From contig CBDHHL010000039.1 of NCBI GenBank assembly GCA_965263355.1, positions 1 to 64,000 of the forward strand: a stretch of DNA of 64,000 nt, written 5' to 3'. Origin of the DNA: Leptolyngbyaceae cyanobacterium (GTDB taxonomy: Bacteria > Cyanobacteriota > Cyanobacteriia > Phormidesmidales > Phormidesmidaceae). The position numbers were made by a program, and so were the translations under genes. This document shows, in pieces, positions 27,216-38,038 of this stretch. The notes beneath the pieces are model-generated. The model had not been told where the DNA came from, searched no databases, and saw only the letters and a program-made list of their open reading frames with translations. Every line of letters begins with the position of its first letter. Position 1 is the stretch's first letter.

Positions 27216-30200
27216 TGGTTCAAGCTGGTTCGGTTGAATTCGCAGTTGAATTTTCGGAGTCGAGTATTACGGCTGCGATCGCTGACTTGCGGACACGATT
27301 CAACCGGGTTGATGACCTTGCTATTGATGTCAGGCTGAATGATGAGACTGTTATTCGTGGCATTAGCGACATTAGACAGCAGCTTAGTAATGCTGATAAT
27401 GTTCGGCTGGATGTCAACCTTGACGATTCAATTACGAGAGAGATAACCCAGCTTAGACAACAGCTAGAAGCTATCAACAGAACTCAGGCAAGTGTTGACT
27501 TTGGGCGCAGTGCTGCTCAAGCTGACGCGATCGCTCAGTCACTGACTCAGTTAAGAGCCCAATCAAATATTCCAGTAACTGTCAATACGAATGCTGCCCA
27601 GCGTAATGTTCAGGAGTTAAGGCGTGGGTTTGCAACGGTTCAACAGGCTGTTGATGGATTGAGTCGTGAGAGGATCAACCTAGAAGTTAATGCTCGAAAT
27701 ATTCAAAATCAGATTGCGGCGGTTGATGCCAGAATTCAACAACTGCGTGACAAAGAGATTCAGATTCGAGCAAATTCTAGAGCAGCTGAAGCAACAATTC
27801 GGAATTTAGACGCTCAAGTTACTGAACTTCAGCGCAATCGTTCTGATATCCAGCTAAAGATTGATGCTCGCACTGAAGAAATAAATACTATCGAGCAAAC
27901 GATAGAACGGCTTAGAAATACTCGAATAAATTTAGAGCTAAACCCATCCACCAGTAACCAAGCACTTAATTTGTTGGATCAGCGAATCCAGCAATTAAGC
28001 AACGAGCGAATTAAGCTAGAAACCGATAGCACGTTACAGAATCAAATTCTGCAGATAGAAGATAGGATCGGCAGAATTCAATCACGACGACTTCGGTTAG
28101 AGGCTGATACACGCCAAGCTGAACCACGCATTAGGCAGATTCAGACTCAGCTCGGTACGCTTGACGATAAGCGAGTTCGATTAAATGTCGATGCCGACAA
28201 CGCAACTGAACAGATCCGCACTCTTGATAGACGGTTAGAGGCATTAGGGGGCGGGAACGCTAGGCAGGCATTACGGCAAATTAACAGGGAATTAAGACAA
28301 TTAAGTTCTCCCACAATATCGCCCAATCTAGATCTTAGTGGCATCCGGAATAGTAGCGGAATTGTTCAAGGAATTTTCCAGGGGATTGGCCAAAGAGTTT
28401 TTGATACTCTAGCTAACGCTATTGGAGGGGGCATCAGAGCAGGGCTTTCAACTGTTCAAAATGCAGTTGGCTTTGAGCAGGCATTAGTTACGTTTAGCGC
28501 TCGTGCGGGTGGAGCTGAGGAAGCGATCGCGGCAGTTACTGAAGAGTCTAGACGATTAGGAATTGAAACCAGTAAAACGCCTGAAGAAGTGGCGCGCATC
28601 GCTACTCGAATGGTCGAATTAGGCGGTGAGGTGACTGAGGTTGGTGATAATGTTGCAGGCGTTGTAGCTGCACTAGAAGGAACTGGTTTTACTAATATTG
28701 ATGCGACCGCCAAAGCTATTCAGGCAGGAACAAATATTTTTAACGAGTCTGCCGATGCTTTGGCCGATAAAATCACGCTACTTGCCAATACAACAGCAGT
28801 TACATCGGCTGAAGGCATTTTGCAGGCATTTGGTAAAGCGGGCGGTTCGTTTGTCGATGCTGATGTTAGCGCATCGACATTACTGGCAACATTTGCTAAA
28901 TTCTCCGAGACAGCCACTCCTGAAGTGGCCGCGACTGCAACCAGGAATGCCCTGGATGGTTTAAGAGGTAGGACTGATGTAGCAAGAGAAGCATTAGACA
29001 GGCTAAACGTTTCATTCTTTGATAATCAAGGCCCGACCGCGTTTACGGACACATTAGTAGATCTTAGAGATGCACTTGAGCCGCTAAGTGAAGAAGATCG
29101 ATTTACAGCTTTACAAGATATTTTTGGCGGCAGAAGTGCTTCACAGATAGGATTGTTATTGCAAGGTTTAGACGATGTAATCGCAAAAACTGATGAACTT
29201 GAACAGGGTTTCGGCGCATCCGGTGAAGCTGCAGACAATCTAAATCAGGGTGTTGCTGCGGCGGTTAATCGACTGCAAGGAACCCTGACCACTGCCGGAA
29301 CCGATCTTGGTTTGGCACTGACACCAGGTATAGAGGCGGGCGTTAGAACATTAACCGCGTCAATTAATGCTGCCATTGAAGACGGTGATGCTTTTGGGGA
29401 CACAGCGGCCTCGGTTGAAGCATTATTGGCGGCTGTTGACGGGTCTGAAGTTGTCGACGTTTTATCAGCTAGCCTTCGTAGCTTATTTGATTCGGTTGAT
29501 GCGGGGGCAGCCAGCCTGATTGATTCGCTATCTAATATATTGAGTGATCCTGAAAATCTCGACAGATTTGGCCAATCAATTGAAAATCTTGGGACTGTCC
29601 TGGGTGGAACCTTAAGAATTGCGGGCGTTGCTGCTGAGGCGTTTACTGTACTATCAGCAGCATATTCTGACACGATAGGCGAAGGCCCAGCTGAGGCAAT
29701 TGGGCAATTTTCATTAATTCTTGAAGGGATTGTCCCGGTTGCAACTCAGGTTAGAGATTCGATATCCGGTTTAGTAAATCCGGTCACTGAATTTTTAGAT
29801 CGCTTTTCCTTGGTTGGTGATTTAATAAATCAGTTTGGCACCTTAGGCCCAGCTATTGGCGCGATAGGCCTAGCCTTTACCGGGGTCACTAATACAGTTC
29901 AGTCATTGCGGGAACAGTTAGGGTTTTTAACAGCTGAGGCAGTCCAGCCAGCTGTAATTACCGATGCTGGTGCTGAGGGTGTTCAAGCGTTAGCGAATGC
30001 CGGAAGTAGATTGTCTTCTGATGCTGGCCAAAATAGCAGAGAGGAACAGTTGGCAGCAGCACAAGCATTGGCTGGCCAGTTGGGAGATATTGAAGCCAAT
30101 GGCGTTGAATTATCTGAACGGAGAAAAGAACAGCTCAGGGAAGAATCGTTGCAGGCATTAGAGGATACTCAATCGGCTGCCCTGGCAAGATTAGCAGCTC

Positions 30201-31687
30201 AAGAAGCTGAACAGATTAATGATATTCGTCAGGCTCAATTGGCAGCTGGCCCTGAAGATCCAACAGCCGAAAGCAATGCAGATTCGGCTATTCGTGATAT
30301 TCAAGCTGACTTTGCCCAGCAACGAATCCAGATTGCTCAAGATGAAATCGATCAAATTAATCAACTAAGAGCCGATGGCATTATTACAGCTGAGGAAGCT
30401 GAGCAACGGTTGGTCACTGCTAAACAGGAGTCTGCCGAATTGTCAGTGCAGGCGATTGAGCAGCAGATCGCAGCTGAACAAGCCGCTGCTGATGCTGTTA
30501 GAGAACGGATTGAAGAGGAATTATCAGCCAGAGAGCGGTTAAATGCCCTGGCATCCGAACAAACAAATTTGCAGTTTGAGGTTGATAATTCTGGTTTAGA
30601 AAATCAATTATCAATATCCCAAGCGTTAGCTAATGTTGATGCTGCGAGAATTGATTCAGCGGCTCAATTAATTAGTGCTCAATTGGCTCAAGCAGAGGCA
30701 ACTGAAAACTTTGCAGCAGTTGAGGAAGCCAGAGATCGGCTATTGCTTAATCAGTTGCAATCAATTCGAGCAGGCACTCAAGCCCAACAGCAACAGATTG
30801 CTATCCAACGGCAAATAGTAACGCTTGATGGTCAGAGACAAATAACGTTAGCTCAGATTGCCCGTGATGAAGCCCAGATTGCAGTAGATAGAGCCCGTTC
30901 GAGCCAGGGAATATCGACAGAGGAGCTTAATGGGCTTCAGTCGATTGTTGAACTTAGGGCGCAAGGAATTGAATCTGCTAGGGCAAATTTAGATGTTCAA
31001 CTGAGTATTTTAGACGCTCAAGAAGAAGAACAAAGCATCTTAGCTGAAACCGCTGAAGCTGAGGCAATCAGAGAGCGGAGATTGGAGGGCATTGAATCAT
31101 TAATTGAACGCCAAACTGATTTACTAGACGAGCAAAAAGACTTAGAAAGTGATATTGCCGATGAGACAGAACGACGGCAGAGTGCTATTGATTCGATTGT
31201 TTCGTCATTAAGCGGCTTAGAAGATGTTGGTGCTGAGCAGGCATTAGAAGACTTGAACCAGCTTGAAGATAATTTACGTTCAGCCAGACGAGCAGGCGCA
31301 ATTGATAGTGAAACTGCGTCACAGTTGCAGTCAGGAATTAATCAGGCCCAGCGGCTAGCACGTTCCGGCGACGGATTCACAGTAGAGGAAGCTTTTAATT
31401 TTTCAGATAGCCAAAATCCATTTGCTCAAAGCATTTTGGATAGTTTAGGGCTTGGTGGAGTTAATGCATTTGCTGAAGCTCAGCAAGAAATTTTATTAGC
31501 CGATACTCAGATAGAACAGCTGACAACCAAGTTAGAGGAAGTTAGAGACGCTGTTGCTGCTTTGCCAGAGACCTTGCCCACTGGCATAGAAAATCTAACC
31601 GTATCGACTCCTGACCCGATCGCTGATGCTGCTCAAATTACAGCCGATCTAACCCGGCAACAACAGATTGCGGAGGGAGTTATCTAA
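27215..31687 (+). CDS. Tape measure protein
   Basis: 1490 aa, coiled-coil/Ala-rich, TP901-like core (LGIETSKTPEEVA...AATATRNAL...IFG). Confidence 0.9.
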   Translation: MVQAGSVEFAVEFSESSITAAIADLRTRFNRVDDLAIDVRLNDETVIRGISDIRQQLSNADNVRLDVNLDDSITREITQLRQQLEAINRTQASVDFGRSAAQADAIAQSLTQLRAQSNIPVTVNTNAAQRNVQELRRGFATVQQAVDGLSRERINLEVNARNIQNQIAAVDARIQQLRDKEIQIRANSRAAEATIRNLDAQVTELQRNRSDIQLKIDARTEEINTIEQTIERLRNTRINLELNPSTSNQALNLLDQRIQQLSNERIKLETDSTLQNQILQIEDRIGRIQSRRLRLEADTRQAEPRIRQIQTQLGTLDDKRVRLNVDADNATEQIRTLDRRLEALGGGNARQALRQINRELRQLSSPTISPNLDLSGIRNSSGIVQGIFQGIGQRVFDTLANAIGGGIRAGLSTVQNAVGFEQALVTFSARAGGAEEAIAAVTEESRRLGIETSKTPEEVARIATRMVELGGEVTEVGDNVAGVVAALEGTGFTNIDATAKAIQAGTNIFNESADALADKITLLANTTAVTSAEGILQAFGKAGGSFVDADVSASTLLATFAKFSETATPEVAATATRNALDGLRGRTDVAREALDRLNVSFFDNQGPTAFTDTLVDLRDALEPLSEEDRFTALQDIFGGRSASQIGLLLQGLDDVIAKTDELEQGFGASGEAADNLNQGVAAAVNRLQGTLTTAGTDLGLALTPGIEAGVRTLTASINAAIEDGDAFGDTAASVEALLAAVDGSEVVDVLSASLRSLFDSVDAGAASLIDSLSNILSDPENLDRFGQSIENLGTVLGGTLRIAGVAAEAFTVLSAAYSDTIGEGPAEAIGQFSLILEGIVPVATQVRDSISGLVNPVTEFLDRFSLVGDLINQFGTLGPAIGAIGLAFTGVTNTVQSLREQLGFLTAEAVQPAVITDAGAEGVQALANAGSRLSSDAGQNSREEQLAAAQALAGQLGDIEANGVELSERRKEQLREESLQALEDTQSAALARLAAQEAEQINDIRQAQLAAGPEDPTAESNADSAIRDIQADFAQQRIQIAQDEIDQINQLRADGIITAEEAEQRLVTAKQESAELSVQAIEQQIAAEQAAADAVRERIEEELSARERLNALASEQTNLQFEVDNSGLENQLSISQALANVDAARIDSAAQLISAQLAQAEATENFAAVEEARDRLLLNQLQSIRAGTQAQQQQIAIQRQIVTLDGQRQITLAQIARDEAQIAVDRARSSQGISTEELNGLQSIVELRAQGIESARANLDVQLSILDAQEEEQSILAETAEAEAIRERRLEGIESLIERQTDLLDEQKDLESDIADETERRQSAIDSIVSSLSGLEDVGAEQALEDLNQLEDNLRSARRAGAIDSETASQLQSGINQAQRLARSGDGFTVEEAFNFSDSQNPFAQSILDSLGLGGVNAFAEAQQEILLADTQIEQLTTKLEEVRDAVAALPETLPTGIENLTVSTPDPIADAAQITADLTRQQQIAEGVI

Positions 31688-32178
31688 TGGCCCTGCCTAC
31701 CACTACAGAACGGGGAATCGTTCTAAATCATGCCGATTACAGCCTAGCTATCACTTTGTTTGGCCGTTACCCTGGTCAATTCCCACGGGTTGATGGTCGT
31801 TATAAAGGGATTGTTCGTAGTAAACGGGGGGCAGCAGCTAGGACGGGGGCTTTAACTAGATTTGCTATTTGGAATTTTGTTGGTTGCCTAACCCTTGACC
31901 AGCAAGAGATTTTAATCCGAATGGAAGCTGCTTATTGGGGCAACCCTGGGCCATGGATTATTTATGACTATACAAATTATTGGTCTGAAAATGGGACGAC
32001 AAACACTAGAGCGATCGCGCCCAATAGCACAGTAGCAGCTGACGCTAATACAATTTGCTACTATCCCCAATGGCAAGCCGAGCCAACAAACCAACGAGGG
32101 TTTGAATACAGTGAGAAAGCTGATGGAGTTCGTGTAGCTCAGTTTCAGTTCACAGAATCGGGGGTTATCGTGGCATGA
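31687..32178 (+). CDS. Distal tail protein (putative)
   Basis: Immediately after tape measure. Confidence 0.55.
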   Translation: MALPTTTERGIVLNHADYSLAITLFGRYPGQFPRVDGRYKGIVRSKRGAAARTGALTRFAIWNFVGCLTLDQQEILIRMEAAYWGNPGPWIIYDYTNYWSENGTTNTRAIAPNSTVAADANTICYYPQWQAEPTNQRGFEYSEKADGVRVAQFQFTESGVIVA

Positions 32179-34178
32179 CCTCTTTCACTATTGATGCTCA
32201 AGATAGGGACTGGACAGCAAGCCTCGAAATTTTAGACGCTAATCGAGCCGTGATTAGTGGCCCGCATGATATTTCTGATGCGTTGATTAGCGTCGATATT
32301 GACTTTTCCGAACTGAGATCGGGGAACAGGCTAAACGGTTGGCTGGCATGGGAAGGCAGCATTGTATTAAGCCCAGAATTGTCCACAACAGTTAGTCTTG
32401 ATAATCGCGATACTGCCTCTAACCCGTCAGGTGCTGAAGTGCTGGCTATGGGAAACCGGATCACACTGAGCATGTGGACGGGGGCAAATTATGAAAGATT
32501 TTGGCCACCGTTTTATATCTTGAGGGAAGCATCCCCTAGGATAGAAATTCCTACAAGCGATTCTCAAGCTCAGATTACGATTGACTTAGGGGATCTTGGC
32601 AAATCACTAGACTTATTTACCCCAGAGAATAATTATTCAGGAATTACCCAGGGAACAACCACAACGCCCACAACGTTAATTCGTAATATCGCAACTCAGA
32701 TAGGCATCCCAACATCATCAGATACGATCTCGGGCGGTTATTCAGTCAATACAGCCGTCCAGAAAAAATCTACCCGGTCAACAGTGCGTGAGATTGGGGA
32801 AATAGCGGCAGCTCAAAAGTATGTTGTTTGGCTTGATGCTGCTGAAGAATTAAGGCTCACTCCAGCTGACTTTACACTCAAAACAGCACCAGATTTTAGC
32901 CTAACTATCGGCATTGGAGGAGACGAAGTTGGCGAGAACGGATGGGAACCCGTCAATCTTGAAGAACGACCGCCGGGAGAATTAACAGTAACGGGCGGTT
33001 CAGACCTCGCTCAAGAGATTGAAAATCCTAGCGTAATCGTTCGCACTGTTCCCGGTCCAGGCTATACGTCTCTGACCAGCACTGAGACTAAAACGATAAC
33101 GCCAGTTGGGGGCGCGCCTCAGACAGTAATTACGTATGAAGAACGCCAAGCTGAATTACAGATACAGCCCAGAGTTCTCACTATGGATAACTCTGGCGTT
33201 GTGCCGACGCTGCTGACAGACACCGACAATACGAGCAATGGTCTGCAAGATTCTGAAGATAGTTCGATTACCCATCGATATAACGGAATCACTAAACGAC
33301 TGACTGAAACAGTTGAGTTGATTCGTAAAGCACGGGGGCTTAGCGGTGGCGATGCGTTTAGAGAGGAAGAAAATAGCTCAGCACTGACACTACTTGACAA
33401 TAGTCAAACGACCACGACCTACACTTACGACAATATTTTAGGCGTAGTCAGTTCAAGAACTATCACAGAACGTCGGCCATGGTGCTTGTGGGAATGGGGC
33501 GAAGTTACACCTACCAACTATGATTTGAATCGCTTTTTAGAACGTGATTATCTAACCCAAACGACTACCTGGACTAGAGTGCTGGACGTTAGCGGAGATC
33601 CTACGATTGAGGCGTGGCGTGTTGAACAAGTTACTCAGCAGCCGAGGGGGGTGGTTTTTAAGAATTACACGGGGGCTAACCCTGAGACCCTGGTGAACAA
33701 TCCAGATCCTGATCTGACCTTCACACTGCAAGCCAGTGACGGTTCAACCCGACCGCCGGATATTGAATATCAGGAAAGTATTTATACAGAAGAACACCAA
33801 GAATTTACGGGGTCAGTTACGGTCCAGCCAATCTCTGGGAATGCCCATAAATGGAAGGAGGGGGCAATTCGGGTTAATGCTGATGTGATTGTGAGCGATA
33901 TTCAATGTAATGACTTAGCAGCATGGGCCGCAAAATGGCAACATGGATTGAGCCTGGGTCGTTCATTTATTGGAGCAATCCCAACAGAATTATTTACTGC
34001 CTTTGATCCGGTATCGAGGGTTGATGTGACTGTCGATGGGGCCGTTGATGCTTACTTTTTGAATGGTTTTAGTATCTCGTCAAATTTAACTGAGACTCTA
34101 TTTGGGTGTAACTTTGGGTTGATTGGTCAGGTTGGGGCAACGCCAGATATAATTACTTCGTCAATAAATATCCTATGA
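32175..34178 (+). CDS. Baseplate hub/tail-associated protein (putative)
   Basis: 667 aa, Thr-rich; Dit-Tal synteny. Confidence 0.55.
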   Translation: MTSFTIDAQDRDWTASLEILDANRAVISGPHDISDALISVDIDFSELRSGNRLNGWLAWEGSIVLSPELSTTVSLDNRDTASNPSGAEVLAMGNRITLSMWTGANYERFWPPFYILREASPRIEIPTSDSQAQITIDLGDLGKSLDLFTPENNYSGITQGTTTTPTTLIRNIATQIGIPTSSDTISGGYSVNTAVQKKSTRSTVREIGEIAAAQKYVVWLDAAEELRLTPADFTLKTAPDFSLTIGIGGDEVGENGWEPVNLEERPPGELTVTGGSDLAQEIENPSVIVRTVPGPGYTSLTSTETKTITPVGGAPQTVITYEERQAELQIQPRVLTMDNSGVVPTLLTDTDNTSNGLQDSEDSSITHRYNGITKRLTETVELIRKARGLSGGDAFREEENSSALTLLDNSQTTTTYTYDNILGVVSSRTITERRPWCLWEWGEVTPTNYDLNRFLERDYLTQTTTWTRVLDVSGDPTIEAWRVEQVTQQPRGVVFKNYTGANPETLVNNPDPDLTFTLQASDGSTRPPDIEYQESIYTEEHQEFTGSVTVQPISGNAHKWKEGAIRVNADVIVSDIQCNDLAAWAAKWQHGLSLGRSFIGAIPTELFTAFDPVSRVDVTVDGAVDAYFLNGFSISSNLTETLFGCNFGLIGQVGATPDIITSSINIL

Positions 34179-35173
34179 ACGCTCTAACCCAAAGGCTAGC
34201 CAGCCGGAATAAGCAACGCACGACTCAACGCCTTCAAGCACAAATGGCTGAGGCAAAAATCGGCGCTGCCACTATTACTGGCACGCTTACGGGCAGCAGT
34301 GCTGAAGGAATCACACTTAGAACAGAGTCGGGGGGTTTTCTCACAGTCCCTAGATCTACTGCTCAAAAACTTTCACGGCAACCAGCGATCGGGCAGTCTC
34401 GGCAGTTATCGACCGGGGGGCAGCTAGAGCTATTAGGAAGCAGCACAGAAACGATTAACCAGCCTGTCAGTCAAACACAACCGCAAGTCAGATATCCTCT
34501 TAGGCCGCCTACTCAGGGAGCAGACTTTGGGGCCAATGGCGATTTGTGGCTTGAGCAAACTGGCATTCAGGGCAACTTTAACGAAGCCAATGCTTATGTT
34601 TGGATACAAAAAATTGGCCAGTTTGTGAAGTTGGCTTCCGGCGGAGTAGTTGTTACATTCGAGCCCAACGACCCGATCACGTCAGGGACAGTAAACGGCC
34701 AGCTGCACTACAACACGACTAATTCGTCAGTATTTTTTTATGACCAAGCTGCTGATATATGGCGACCTGTTGGTGGGGGGGGTGGGGGCGCAACTATTAA
34801 CTATGTTGCAGGGCCGCCCCCTACGCCAGCTCCACCAGGTACCGTTGATGGGGAAGGCCATCACGATACTGTGGTTGATCGTTTGTGGACTTATGATCTA
34901 GCCAATACAACTTGGCGTGCTGCTGGTTCGAAGAATTTTTTCCAGGGGGTGCCTAGCGCAGCGGGGCCGACATCTTTTGTCAGGGGGGATCGGGTAACTC
35001 TGTATCAGACTAGCGGTAATACCGTTACTCCGTGCGATTACATTTGGTCCGACCAACAATCAGATTGGCTATTAGTCAGCTGTTGTCCTGGCTGTGCCGA
35101 AGACTTTTTTAATAGTCGTTGCGATGACGATGAAGGTTCTGACGGCGGCAGTTGCACACCACTTCCACCATAA
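34175..35173 (+). CDS. Tail fibre/receptor-binding protein (putative)
   Basis: Repeated P...GD/GQ-L[WH]...Y...W modules; Gly/Pro runs; Cys-rich tip. Confidence 0.6.
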   Translation: MNALTQRLASRNKQRTTQRLQAQMAEAKIGAATITGTLTGSSAEGITLRTESGGFLTVPRSTAQKLSRQPAIGQSRQLSTGGQLELLGSSTETINQPVSQTQPQVRYPLRPPTQGADFGANGDLWLEQTGIQGNFNEANAYVWIQKIGQFVKLASGGVVVTFEPNDPITSGTVNGQLHYNTTNSSVFFYDQAADIWRPVGGGGGGATINYVAGPPPTPAPPGTVDGEGHHDTVVDRLWTYDLANTTWRAAGSKNFFQGVPSAAGPTSFVRGDRVTLYQTSGNTVTPCDYIWSDQQSDWLLVSCCPGCAEDFFNSRCDDDEGSDGGSCTPLPP

Positions 35174-35177
35174 TCTT

Positions 35178-36077
35178 ATGCAAATTTATTCTCAATTCCC
35201 GCCTAATAAAACAACAACTCAAAATGTAATCAGAAACAACGGTATCAAGCCTGTGATCTCGGCTGATCTCAGAAAGGTTTATGGCCTTTCAGTTGTTGCT
35301 GATGTTGGCGCGTTTGGACGGCGGGCAGATTTAACTGAGCTTGACAAACAACTTGACCAGGCTACGGGCTTAGACGTTCATATTCACCCAATCGTCTGCC
35401 GTTATCCTGAGTTAAAAGGCCGCGATTCGTTAGCGCTGAAAGGTCATGTCAATAGCTTAGCCCGCCCAATCATTAATCACTGCGTCAGTCGAGGAATAAA
35501 AAAAATAACCTTGGCAGGAGAATTAACCCTATGTGGTGATATTGATCTTTGGGCAGAAATAGTTGATTTTTATAAATCTATCCATACTGAATATCCTGAA
35601 TTAGAACTCTGGATTTCATCGCATAGAATTCGCCAGCAAGGCGATCGCGATAGTATCCTAACTCGGCTCGAAGACCTACAGGGCATCGTATCAGGATTTA
35701 TCGGAGCTGATTATATTAGCCTGTATCGAACAAAGTCTGAAATTCCTAAGCAGGTTGGGCCGGTGCAATGGATGAAGATATCAGCCATGGGAACAGTTTC
35801 GCTAATGCGACTAAATTATCTCCCTCCATTCTGGAGAGAACTGCAAAGCGCTGGGCTTAAGGTCGCGTTTGAAACGTCAGCGCTGTCTACAGTTGACTTG
35901 CCTATTATCAGGAAAGCGCAAACACAGATATATAAAGAAATCAGCGCCAAATGCGAGCATCATGGCGCTGATTTATGGCTTTGGAATATTTGTGAACAAA
36001 GCTCCCGAGACCACCAGGGCAACCATAGCTACTCTGGCGTTTGGGATGATCGCGGGAACATGCGGTTAAGCATCTAA
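35178..36077 (+). CDS. Glycoside hydrolase-like TIM barrel (GH10-like, divergent)
   Basis: ATG 35178; GLDVHIHPIV, AGLKVAFE, AQTQIY...C, LWNICEQSS, GVWD occur in GH10 motif order. Confidence 0.45.
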   Translation: MQIYSQFPPNKTTTQNVIRNNGIKPVISADLRKVYGLSVVADVGAFGRRADLTELDKQLDQATGLDVHIHPIVCRYPELKGRDSLALKGHVNSLARPIINHCVSRGIKKITLAGELTLCGDIDLWAEIVDFYKSIHTEYPELELWISSHRIRQQGDRDSILTRLEDLQGIVSGFIGADYISLYRTKSEIPKQVGPVQWMKISAMGTVSLMRLNYLPPFWRELQSAGLKVAFETSALSTVDLPIIRKAQTQIYKEISAKCEHHGADLWLWNICEQSSRDHQGNHSYSGVWDDRGNMRLSI

Positions 36078-36099
36078 AAATCGTATCGCTGGATGCTTT

Positions 36100-36498
36100 T
36101 CATTCTAGATACTCCGGCCACTTAGCCTCTAGGTCTTGACCCCACTCCGCAGAAAATCTAGTTAGTTCTGCAAGTATGGTTTTATCCGTTGCTAGGGTGA
36201 CACTCGCCACTCCGCTATGTGTTCCCATGCGCGCAAGCTGGCATAGGCAGTCCAGGGCTGCTTTCCCCTGCTGATATGCAAAGGCAACATCCGGATCTTG
36301 GATGTTTTCAAAATATACTCCTCTTAGGATGTTTGATAGCGTATCTGTGTAGTTTCCATTCGAGTATCCCCTAAGATACCCTTTCCGAGTATTGTATTCA
36401 TCTTGAAACATACGAATTGTGTTGGCGGCACGGCTGTTGTCATCTGCACACAAAGCTTGAGTTATCGGGGTTAGGTCTATGGTGTTTGGGTAGTTCAT
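36100..36498 (-). CDS. Hypothetical protein
   Basis: 132 aa; coupled to the upstream gene. Confidence 0.6.
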   Translation of the reverse strand: MNYPNTIDLTPITQALCADDNSRAANTIRMFQDEYNTRKGYLRGYSNGNYTDTLSNILRGVYFENIQDPDVAFAYQQGKAALDCLCQLARMGTHSGVASVTLATDKTILAELTRFSAEWGQDLEAKWPEYLE

Positions 36499-36779
36499 CT
36501 TTTTGGCTCCTTCGCCTTAACTGGTTTAGTTATATCCAATATTGGATATAACTGACAACCCCCTTCTGAATCTTTTTTTGGGACTGTCCATTCTCCGTTA
36601 ATAATTTGGCTAAAAATAGCCCCAAGATATCCTTGCCAGTGGGGAGCTGTAACTCCCCTACGGTTAATGATGTAGCCTTTCGAGATCGCGTCATTTCTGA
36701 TAGTGTCTAGCATCATGCTGGGCATATTCGCCAGCAACGTTTTTGTGTTTTTCTTTGGTCGTGGCATGGCCCTATTCAA
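36495..36779 (-). CDS. Small basic protein, possible regulator
   Basis: MPRPKK N-terminal motif. Confidence 0.55.
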   Translation of the reverse strand: MNRAMPRPKKNTKTLLANMPSMMLDTIRNDAISKGYIINRRGVTAPHWQGYLGAIFSQIINGEWTVPKKDSEGGCQLYPILDITKPVKAKEPKR

Positions 36780-36840
36780 TATTGATTAGACCCCACCCTA
36801 GCACAGTTTAACTTGCGTTGTTGAAGACCCCTCTTCCAAC

Positions 36841-36872
36841 AAAAAAACCGCTACTCGTAAAAGCAGCGGTTT
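36841..36872 (-). terminator. Intrinsic terminator
   Basis: A7-CCGCT...AGCGGTTT hairpin. Confidence 0.65.
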
Positions 36873-36890
36873 CGTGGTTTGTATTGTCAA

Positions 36891-37097
36891 TCAAGTCAAA
36901 ACTCTAAGATGCTTTCCCGTTGGCTTTCCGCTTTTCAGTGCTGCTTCAGGGAATTCTGGCAATGATACCTCATCAGGGGACTGAAACATGCCATTACGAC
37001 GCCTGCCGAGATATTCTCCTGTTTTAGGATCAAACTGATAGCCCAGCTTACGAGCTAATTCGTGCCGTTCGTTTGGAACGTCTGAAAGATTCGCCAT
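36891..37097 (-). CDS. Hypothetical protein
   Basis: 68 aa; ends just before the terminator. Confidence 0.5.
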   Translation of the reverse strand: MANLSDVPNERHELARKLGYQFDPKTGEYLGRRRNGMFQSPDEVSLPEFPEAALKSGKPTGKHLRVLT

Positions 37098-37998
37098 TGC
37101 TAAAAATCCAAAATATTATCCAACTAAATGCGGCTGCGTCGTACCAAAAAATAGACCACAGCAAAAAAATAGACCACACCAAAAGCACCCTACCGCGAAT
37201 AGTCCAGAGCAACCAAGCCCATAGCCAGCCATAAGCTAGCAAGCCTAGGAAGCCTGTTTCTATTAGCCTGTCGAGCCAAATATTATACGAATGCTTAGTA
37301 TCTTCATCAGGGAAAGCGCCGTCCGAGCATTGATACGACCACCGCGAATATTGAAGTATGCCCACTTCGCGGCATTGACGAAACGCTTTTTGAAGATTCA
37401 AGCCATTGAACCCGTAGCCAATCAAAGGCGATCGCTGAGCATATCTGAATGCCCTAGCCCAATAGTAGGTTCGATTTGAACTGATCCGTCTGATCTGCGC
37501 CATCACTGGAGTATGGGGCGATGCTGTCTCCCCAACTTGCTTATTGTTTGTCACAAGTCCAATAAAGACTAGTGCCGATAGCACGACGGGGATACTTCGC
37601 TTCCAGCCAATAGCTACCAAGTTGCAAATAACGGCCCCCAGCATGGCTATCCTTACGCCAGTATTCAGTGTGGCAATCGTATAAAGAACCAATAGCCATT
37701 TATTGGCTTTGTACTGAGCAGCAACGGCGCAGCACATCAGCATAAACCCTGCATATGCGCCAAAGTTTCCGAACAGCCCATGCATGGGATACTGTTCAAA
37801 GCCAATGCCAAAAAAGTGAAGTACCCATTGAGTGAGGCCAGCGGCTGCATTAATTACCCCTCCAATATGGAAGCCCGTTAGTTGGGCTTGGAATAGTTCG
37901 GGTCGTTCTTTAAGGATTAGTCTGTTAAACAAAAAAAACACAGCCACGGTTATCCACCAAAGAAGCCCGCAAGCTTTTCCGTAGTAACCAAGGACACT
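37048..37998 (-). pseudogene. O-antigen ligase/Wzy_C-like membrane protein, apparently 5'-truncated at the IS end
   Basis: GLFGN, NTGVRIAML, SSNRTYYW, PLIGYGF, HSYNIWL..LIETGFLG motifs; the track's start (GTG 38013) lies inside the IS right-end hairpin. Confidence 0.6.
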
Positions 37999-38038
37999 TT
38001 GACAAACTCCCACGGATAAATCACGTGGGATTCCCCGG

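Noticed and set aside
27220..29673. Minus-strand ORFs inside the tape measure gene (and similar shadows in portal, terL, helicase and primase genes)
   Set aside because: Antisense to well-supported genes, with no motifs.
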